From the NCBI RefSeq assembly GCF_009914755.1, contig NC_060925.1: a stretch of DNA of 64,000 bases, one strand, 5' to 3'. The position numbers and the translations under genes were made by a program. Below are positions 54,655-64,000 of this stretch, in pieces; position 1 is the stretch's first letter, and each line of letters opens with the position of its first letter. Under the pieces are notes generated by a model. The model was not told the origin of the DNA and ran no database searches. It was given only the letters and a program-made list of their open reading frames with translations. The stretch comes from the human T2T-CHM13v2.0 reference genome, Homo sapiens.

Positions 54655-55081
54655 CAGTTAACCTTTGAACAACATGGGTTTGAACTGTGCTAGTTTACTT
54701 ATATATGGGTTTTCTCCACCTTTGCCAACCCCAAGACAGTAAACCAACTGTTTCTCTTCCTCCTTCTCCTCAGCCTACTCAACATGAAGATGACAAGAAG
54801 GAAGACCTTTATGATGATCCACTTTTGCTTAGTAAATATATTCTCTCTTCCTTATAATTTTCTTAATAATATTTTCTTTTCTCTAGCTTATTTTAAGAAC
54901 ACAGTATATAATACATGTAACATATAAAATATGGGTTAATTGATCGCTCATGTTATCAATAAGACTGCAGTCACAGTAGGCTATTAGTAGTTAAGCTTTT
55001 GGGGAGTCAAAAGTTGTATGTGGATATTTGAAAGCACAGTTGTTCGTGGCCCTAACCCTCTAGTTGTTCAAGGGTCAACAT
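54655..55081. mobile_element. Tigger2a-like (MER28) DNA transposon
   Basis: TIRs cagttaacctttgaacaac / gttgttcaagggtcaac in TA context; internal cctcagcctactcaacatgaagatgac. Confidence 0.85.
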
Positions 55082-56609
55082 ATACATGGCCCAGGTATAC
55101 CACCAAGCATTGCAGGTTCCCAGAACTCTCTCTGAAGGTAGGACTATTGTAATAAAATATCATCATTTACCAAAGAAGTTGGAGCCTCCAATGTTGTCAT
55201 GTAGTGTTTTGTACTCTGTTGGAAACAACTTACTCAAATATTCACGAGGGGGATTTAGAAGGCTGATTATAATGGCCTGTGTAAGATTGGTTCAAAGCAC
55301 TTAGGTGCACTCCCAATAAATGTACAGTGGGGCTGCTACATGAAATAACAAGAGATGAGACAAAGACATGTCTGTTCTATAAAATTAAACTTGTTGATAC
55401 TTGAGTTCCAGGAGTTAGGAAAGGGTAACCTACCTATAATCACAGTCATTTTAGGTAATATGAGAAACTTAAGTTATAAAATATATTTATTAAATTATGA
55501 ATTAATATAAAGATGTCAAAAATAGAAGCATTTTCTTCCTAAATGACTCTGCTCACACAGTTTGTTATCAGCTTCTAATGATAACTAGCTTATACCGTAA
55601 ATTGAAAATTGCATAGCAGAAATCTACAACCCAGTGAGTTAAATGTATTTTATTTATAAATGCTCAGTGAGCAAGGAAAAAACCCAGAGGTATTTAGGAG
55701 TCAGAAAATCTGCTTTTCTCCTAGATGTCATAATTGTAACTACAGTACAAAGAATAAATGATAAATGAGACAATGATAGATGAGCATGGTCTGAATTATA
55801 TTTAGAACCTCAAATATAAACACATCATATTATTTTGTGCCAGGATTATCCCCCCAGCCCAGAGAAGGGAGCCTATTTTTATAAGGTAAATTGAAGAAGA
55901 AAAATTGAAGATACTTACAAATAAATAAAAGTGCATGTGGAATTCAAATATGCAAATGATAACAATTCCTTTTGTACACACTGTGGATGGAAGAGGAGAG
56001 TAGGTGATCACTGCTGGAATTTATGCTGAGATCTTATACAGTGTAGCATTAGTGGCCACCCTCAGCTCAGGCACACCACAGCTGTTCACTTTAGAGAGCC
56101 TGCCACCTCCTCCTCCTTTCCACACCCCCACCCCACCACACACACACAGTAACCCTTCACACTAGCTTTATTTTTTTAAAAAGGCAGAAATGAAGGCAAA
56201 ACCTTTTTGTGTAAAGAAAAACACTATAAAGGAGGAGAAAAGCCTGAAGCAGTTACCTTAAAAAAGTTGCTTTAAAAATTAGAATTTCTTTTCCTCCAAA
56301 CCACTTTTTTTCCAAACGACTTCAAAACACTTACTATGCATTTCAAAGGCAGTCATTATCTATTGTGCATATTGGAGCAGTTGATATGACCCTATTATTT
56401 TAGTGAATAAAAACTTTTGTATTGTTTAATTTTCTTTTCCTTGTGCTTGAGTTTGCATTTTGTTGAAATAAATGTATATCTAATTATGCTGCCAGAAAAG
56501 TATCATGATCTGCAAAATTTACAAAAAGTATCTAGTACTGAAAAATACTCCCAGTTCCTATTATACAATTGATTTGTGACTAGAAGCAAAATCATATTTG
56601 TTTTCATGG

Positions 56610-57054
56610 TGTAGTGAGCTGAACAGTGCCCTCCAAAAAGATATGTCCATGTACTAACTCTGGGACCTGTGAATATTACTTTATATGGCTAAGGATGTGA
56701 TTGATTAAATTAAAGATCTTGAGAGGGAGCGTTTATCCTGGATTATTCTGGTGAGCACTAAATGCCACCACATGTATCTTTCTAAGAGAGAGAGAAAGAG
56801 GAATTTTTGAAGAGGAGGAGGCAATGTGATCATAAAGGCAGAGACTGGAGTTGTGTGGCTACAGGCCAAGGAACTCCTGAAGCCACCAGAAGCTGGGAGA
56901 GGCAAAGAAGAGATTCTGTCCTGGATCTTTCAGAGGGAGTATAAGCCTGCTGACACATTGATTTTGGATTTCGGGCCTCCGGAGCTTTGAAAGAGTAAAT
57001 TTCCATGGTAGAGCTTGTGGTAATTTGTTATCAGAGGGACAGGAAACTAATATA
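56610..57054 (+). mobile_element. MaLR solo LTR (MLT1C/D-like)
   Basis: tgtagtgagctgaacagtgccctccaaaaagatatg...agccaccagaagctggg...ggaaactaatata; TSD catgg/tatgg. Confidence 0.85.
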
Positions 57055-57198
57055 TATGGATTCCTGGAAATAAATATGTTATTAGCTAAATTTCAGATTC
57101 TCTAGAAAACAGAGCTCTAGAAAACAGTATAGATGCTTATGTGGGAGGTGCAAGTGGGGTAAGAAGAAAGGGAAGTGAGGAATGGAGGAATTTGAAGC

Positions 57199-57619
57199 TG
57201 ATACAGTTTGGATCTTTGTCTCCTCCAAATCTCATGTTGAAATTTGACCCCCAGTGTGGAAGATAGGGCCTAATGGGAGGTGTTGGGGTCGTGGGGGCAG
57301 ATGACTTGTGAATGGCTTGGTGCTCTTCCCATGGTAACTAGTGAGTTCTTGTACTATTAGTTACTGCAACATCTGATTGTTAAAAAGAATCTAGGACCCT
57401 CTCTTCTTTCCTTTGCCCCCTCTCTTGCCACAGAACACTCCTGCTCCCCCTTTGCCTTCTGCCATGAGTAAAATCTTCCTGAAGGCTCACCAGAAGCCAA
57501 GCAGATGCTAGTGCCATGCTTGTACAGGCTGCAAAACTGTGAGCCAAATAAACCTCTTCTCTTTATAAATTACTCAGTCTCAAGTATTCCTTTGTAGCAA
57601 TACAAAACAGACTAATACA
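57199..57619 (+). mobile_element. MSTB-like MaLR solo LTR
   Basis: tgatacagtttggat...ccaaatctcatgttgaaat...cagactaataca; TSD gaagc/aaagc. Confidence 0.88.
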
Positions 57620-58592
57620 AAAGCAATGTGATATGATTGGTTACCATACTGACTACTGCTTATGACCAGCTGCTATGAGATATACGTTGCTCAGCAGATG
57701 TTCTAGTTAAACACCTGGACTTCTCTGGAAGGCTGGATGGAGGAATCTTCAGTAGTTCGTGGAAAGGTAAAAGGAAGGAAACTTTATCTGCCTGGCTTCA
57801 TCCTATCATCTTCTGTTTCCCATGGTTAAGTTCCACTGACAACAATTCGGTTTTGAACGAAGTGATCCAGTCCCTCAGTGATAGATTGGAAAACCAGATT
57901 CTGCACTATAAGGTGTGGTATTTCATACATATGCAGAAGTGGAGGGCAAATCAGCATTCATAGGCTTGGCATGTGAGGCATGAAAGCCATTCAGGTTCAA
58001 TACTTCAATTTGGACTAAGAGTGGTTATGGATAGCTGATATCCTTGGCATCCTGGTCATAGCAACAGAGGAGGAAATCTCAGCAGCACGCAAAGTTTGTG
58101 TCTGATACTCTCTGCAGCCTGGAACAAACTGCTGGGATTCATGATCATTATGGGGAGTGATAGAAACACAACTGAGATAAATTTGGCATTTAGACTGAAG
58201 TCTGAGAAAGGTATATTTTAGGATGCCTTCCAGCATAATAGGACATTAAATACAAATTGTTAACTGATAGAGGTCATCACTCAACATGCATTGTTTTTCT
58301 AAGTTCTACCATATTATTACATTATTGTCATTAGATCATAGTGGCATACTGATCTTTTTTTCAAATTTTTTCATTGTGGTAAATGTACATAACATAAAAT
58401 TTATAATTTTAATCATTTTAGTGTATAGTTCAATAGTATTCAATGCATTTATAATATTGTACAACCATCATCACCATCCATTTCCATAACTCTTTTCATA
58501 CAGTATAACAGAAATTCTGTATCTATTAAACAATAACTCTTCATTATCTCCTCTCTGCAACCTCTTGGCAGAACCTTTGATAACCACCAATC

Positions 58593-60800
58593 TGATCACA
58601 GTGGTGGGCCATCTGGTGCAGCTGCTGCCATCAGGCTGGCTGCAGTGGGGAGGCACCACTGGTGGTGGCAGAAGCAGCTATGGGAGCAGCAGTGGCGGTG
58701 GTGGGACCCTGTGACCTGTGTCCCCTGTGCCCCACATCTCTGAGGCAGCCGACTGCCATGCCCCCCACACTTAAATGGCAGGGCAAGACCCACTCCCAGG
58801 CCAGAGCCTCCACCACTGCCACAACCCCTCTCCCTGCCGCATCCCGGGAGCCCACGAATACCAAGAGCATAGGGAGGCCCAGGTTCGCAGCTGCAACTTA
58901 GGCGGCTGCAGCTGCGCCTGGGAGGGTGAGGTTCCTTCCTGCTCCCAGCTCCTACCAGCACAAAGGCACAGCCAAAGCCACCGCCGAGACTCGTGGGGCT
59001 GGCTCTGAGAGCATAGGCTTCGTTTGTGCAGGGTTAGCCCAGGCCACCGTGCTACCTGCACCTTGTCTGCTGCCACTGAGGGGAAAATTCAGCGAGGAGG
59101 TGGGCAGTCCCCAGAGCCTGCCCCTGGAAGTCCCCCAGAGCTCACTGCCCTCGGAGCAACCACAATGAGGCCAGGCGGAGTTTCCCGCAGGTGGGGGAGC
59201 CATACGGTGGGTCACAGAGGGACAGGTAGAGAGGAGCCCTAAGGTCGAGATGAGCCTGGGGTGGTGCCACGCTCCATGGAGCCGGCAGGAGCTGGGGGCA
59301 GGCGGGAACCTCATTCTCGCAGGCGCGGCTGCAGTCACCTAAGTTGCAGCTGTGGACCTGGGCCTCCTTGTGCTGTTGGGGGCCGGAAGCAGGCAGGAGC
59401 CCTGCTTGTCAGGGCACTGCTGCAGCCGCCTGGCTGCGGGTGTGGACCCAGGTATCACTGCACTCTTAGGGGCCCAGGAAGGTCTCCCCATTTCCCGCAA
59501 AGGCTCAGAGGTGTCTGCACCTGCTGCCTGGCCTCTCCCTACCCGCAGCAACCACTCTGATTTCGGAGCAAGGTTGAGGCCAAGACCGGGCTCTGTTGCA
59601 GCCTGGCTGGGTGTGCGTATGCTTGGGGCAGTGCTGACACACCAGCCCCGTGCCACCTTGGCCGCCTCCAGACTTTGGGCACTGCCGATCACAGGAGGGA
59701 GGCCTTGGGGGAGCTGAGGGCAGGTCAGTACTGGCCTGCAGGTGCCCCTTGTCACAAACAGCCTGGGCATCATGAACCACAGCAGGAGGCAGAAAGGCTC
59801 CTGGTTGGAAGGGGGTGGGTGTCTGGTGAAGCCTTACCTTCCAGCCAGGGAGGGCCTGAAGCCTGGGGGCTGGGCTGCCGGTCCTGTGGACTGGAGTGGG
59901 AACTTGTGGCGCTTTTTCTGGGCTGGCCCATGGCCTCCTGCACACACTCCTCCATAGGCACACACTTCCTCCCCTCAGAGGTCCATAAAAAGCTCCAGAC
60001 TCAGCCGGACCAGAAGAGATGTTGGGACCAGTAGCTGCAAAAAGGAACTGTTCACTCTAGGGTCTCCTCTCTGCTGAGAGCAGGGAGACCATGGGACAAC
60101 CTGCCTGCAGAGAAGAGCTACCTTCTCTGTGGAGAGCTGAACACTTGCTGGGACACGCTGGCTACAGAAAGGAGCAACCCGCTGCTGGTCTCCTTTGAGT
60201 TGTCCTTAATAAAGCTCCTCTTCATCTTGCTCACCATCCACTTGTCTGTGTACCTCATTCTTCCTGGACACAGGACAAGGACGCAGGACTCGCCAAATGG
60301 CAGAGCTAAAAAAGCTGTAACACAGTGCTGAAACATGGCCCTTGCTCCACGTGTTGTGGGCAACAAGGATAGAAGAGAGAAGGGGAGAAGAGCTGTGGCC
60401 CTTTGGGGAGTCCAGACCTAGGAGTTCCCCCAGTCAGGGCTGTGACACCCTTTTAGGGCTCTGTAGTTCCTGGCATTTCCAAGCTTCTGGGTGTCACCAT
60501 ATTCCCCACTGTCAGCCATGGAAGCTGCTTATGGTATGCCTGGTCCAGCTGCAGCCTCACAGGGAGCCAGTGCCCATGCCTGGCCTGTGCGCAGTGGCCG
60601 GACCCCATGCTCCACTCACTCACACACCCCTCAACGCCCTGCTTGCCCTTGGCAGGCACGAAATCCAGGCTGGGAGCATGAGCCAAGCGCAGCCTGCTGG
60701 GCGGAGTGGGATCAGTGGGCCAGGGCAAAACTTGGGCAAAGGCACCACTAGCTACAGAGGTTTCCAGCTGGTGAAGCAACACCCCAAAGAGCCTGTGACA
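58593..60800 (+). mobile_element. MER52-family ERV1 solo LTR (~2.2 kb, GC-rich)
   Basis: TG...CA; ccataaaaag TATA-like ~59984; aataaagctcctcttcatcttgctcacc polyA ~60208; ctctgctgagagc motifs. Confidence 0.85.
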
Positions 60801-60925
60801 TTTTTACTTTTTGTCTCTATGATTTAACTATTCAAAATACCTTATATTAGTGGAATCATACAGTAGTTGTTTTTTGTGACTGGATGATTTCACTTAGCAT
60901 AATGTCCTCAAGGGTTCATTCATGA

Positions 60926-61312
<387 letters not shown>

Positions 61313-61317
61313 TGAGG

Positions 61318-61677
61318 CATCTTAGTCCATTTTGTGCTTCTATAACAAAATACCACAGCTGGGTAATTATAATGAACAGAAATTCATTGGTTCACAATTC
61401 TGAAGGCAGGGAATTTCAAGATCTAGGGGCCAGCACTTGGTGAGGGCCTTCTTATGGCATCATACCATAGCAGAAGGACAAAGATAGAATGAGGGAGAGA
61501 AAGAGATCAAACTCACGCCTCAAGCCTTTTTATACTTTTTATACTTGGCATTAATCCATTTATAAGGCTGGAGCATTCATAATATAAACACCTCCCGTTT
61601 GATCTTACCTCCCAACACTGTTGCATTGGGCATTAAGTTTCTAGCACATGTATTTGGCAGACACATTCATAACACAA
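61318..61677 (-). mobile_element. MST-type MaLR solo LTR
   Basis: tcttagtccattttgtgcttctataacaaaataccacag...cccaacactgttgcattgggcattaagtttc. Confidence 0.82.
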
Positions 61678-61715
61678 TATATGGTAATTTCATTTTTAAC
61701 TTTTTCAGGAACCAT

Positions 61716-63290
61716 CATACTGAGGGACAGTTTTGGCAGATATAGGATTCTTGGTTGCCAGTTTTTTTCTTTTTGCATTTTGCCTATATTGGCCCATTGC
61801 CTTCTAGCTTCCAAATTTCTGATGAGAAATCTGGTGCTAAGCTTATTGAGGATCTCTTGTGTATGAGAAATCACTTCTGTCTTTTGGCTTTCAAGATTCT
61901 TTCTTTGTATTTGTCTTTTGAGAGTATGATTATAGTGTGTCTCAGTGTGGGTCTCTTTAAGTTCATATTACTTGGAATTTATTCAGTTTCTTGAACATTT
62001 ATATTCACGTATTTCATAAAATTTGAAAAGTTTTCTGCCATTATTTTCAGATATGCTCTCTGACCCTTCTCTCTATTCTCCTCTTTTGACTCTCATAATG
62101 CATATGTTGGCCCACTTACTGGTGTCCCATAGATCTCTTAAGCTCTATTCACTTTTCTTCAATCTTTTTCACTTCTATTCCTCAGACTTAATAATTTCCA
62201 TGATCTTATCTTCAAGTTAGTTGATTATTTTTTTGCCTGCTCAAATCTTCCTCTGAGTCCCTCTAGTGAATTTTTTATTTCAATTATTTTACTTTTTCAC
62301 TCCAGAATTTCTTTTTAGCTTCTTTTTAAGTTTTCTGTCTTTTTCTTGGTATTTCAATTTTGTTTATACATCATTTTCTTATCTTTTCACACATCTTGCT
62401 CAAGTACTTTGACCATTTTTAAGACAGTTGTTTTAAAGTCTTTGTTTAGATTATCTGCCTTTAGGTCTTTTGCAGGTACAGCTTATGTTGATTTTCTTAA
62501 TGTGTCATACTTTTCTATTTCTTTGTATGTCTTGTGATTTTTTTTTTGCTGAAAATTATTCATTAAGATCTAATAGTGTATTAACTCTGAAAATTATATT
62601 CTCTCCTTTTTCCAGAATTTGCTGTTTTTGCTATTGCTTTTGGTTATTTTTAAAAATTGTTGTAGGCTCTCTCTATGCCGTCAATCAGCCTAAGATGTAA
62701 ACTTAATGTCTTTTCAGAGCCTGTGCCTTCCCCTGGCATAATAACTGTCTAATTTTTCCCATGTATGCAATATCTTTGGCATGACCTAGTCTTTAATGTC
62801 TGGCTCTCAAAGGAGGAAAAGAAAAAAATAATAAAGTAGAGAGAAAGGCATTAGCTCTTTAAATGCCTTGGAAGTCACTTACACTGGAAGGGGAGAGACT
62901 TGTAACAATGAGGGGTGATACAAAAACAATAGCTGCCTGCTTATTTGTACACATCTCTGTGATCAGGAGCAGCAACCAATGATCAGAGCACAGATTCCTA
63001 ACATGTGGAGGACAGGGTCCTTTTTTACCCACTCTGGCTTCCCCAAATTAAGTGCAGTTTGCTCCAGAAACAGTGCACAGTTGCCTGCCACAGAGCTGGG
63101 TTGGGGAATGAGTAGCTGCTCCTGTGCTGAAATTGACCAAAATTAACCAAAATTTACCATCCAAGCCTGATCCTGGAAACCAACAGACTCCAAGATTCCA
63201 AAATATTTACATGAGACAGATTCTGCCAAAGCAATTGTAGTCTAGGTGGGAAGACAGATTCCTGGTGCTTCCTCCTCTTCCATCTTTCCA
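61716..63290 (-). mobile_element. Old L1M (L1MC/MD-like) ORF1 and 5' region
   Basis: ORF 61641-61874 (minus): LEARRQWANIGK...WQPRILYLPKLS, L1 ORF1p C-terminal motif. Confidence 0.78.
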
Positions 63291-63300
63291 GAATTATCTC

Positions 63301-64000
63301 ACTGGTAAATGTTTAACAACCAATTTCCTCCTAAAAATGTATGGATAGCCATACATACATGAGTTGATTATAAATTTCACTAATATAAAAGATGTGTAGC
63401 ATATAATTTACAAATAATAATTATATATATTCTTTGTTATACATTTCATACAGATAATTGATTCTCATAGAATGCTTTCTTTGATTTTTGCCAACTCTTG
63501 TAGAATTATTGCAATCTATGGCTGCAATTGATAAATGAATGCAGTTCTGACATAAATGTTAGTTGATATTTTCATTTACCTCCATAAGTAATACAAAATG
63601 AAACAATGAAGACATATGTTGGAAATTCACTCATTTATTAATGACAGAAATGACTTCTTCACTGAATGAGGTAATAGCTTTCAAATAGTCAGTGAATATT
63701 CTCACAATTTTTTGTGCTATTCACAATATAACAGTGATAGTTATGGCACACATTTAAATTTAATCTTCATTATTAACCTTTTTCCCATAATTCTCTTAAA
63801 TATAGACAATCAGCAAAGCAATAAATAAAGCCATGATTTGTAATGTTTGCCAATTTTAGTGGTGTAAATACTGTCATCATGGCTGATTTCACATGACCAA
63901 TGTGCTCTCACTGAACATGGAGTTGTAACACAGTATTGTATAGTATTTTTACTGCAGGGATTAAATAGACATAAACTCAATAATATAGATAATAGTAAAA
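63301..64000. mobile_element. MER63-like hAT-Blackjack relic (runs off window)
   Basis: ctggtaaatgtttaacaacc terminal motif followed by AT-rich body. Confidence 0.55.

Noticed and set aside
58596-60827. Dense cluster of overlapping ORFs up to 161 aa
   Set aside because: All lie in the GC-rich MER52 LTR where stops are rare; they occur in many frames on both strands with no recognisable domain.

Overview
Primate, probably human, genomic DNA: AT-rich, repeat-dense, intronic or intergenic. I cannot identify the locus and see no supportable host protein-coding exon. It contains six Alus, a full-length but inactivated L1PB-type element (43.2-49.4 kb, minus), a rearranged old L1M/L1MA element (7.1-12.2 kb), and other L1, L2 and MIR relics. 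LTRs include MaLR MLT1/MST, ERVL MLT2 and ERV1 MER4/MER21/MER52/MER61. DNA transposon relics include MADE1, MARNA, Tigger2a, MER5A, MER33, MER58 and MER63. The ORF track is explained by L1 remnants, Alu/LTR read-through and chance. Subfamily names come from my recall of consensus sequences and need RepeatMasker/Dfam confirmation. I found no convincing new biological system. The most notable structures seen directly are: (1) a ~137-bp local segment copied 1.1 kb downstream into an MLT2 LTR with a CAGCTT duplication; (2) a MADE1 hairpin with symmetric arm changes (miR-548-like candidate); (3) a fold-back scar in an L1MA 3' end; (4) a ~100-bp inverted repeat in a GC-rich MER52 LTR; (5) an L1 whose 3' ORF2 part is inverted; (6) an Alu with no TSD sitting in an apparent deletion of its host.
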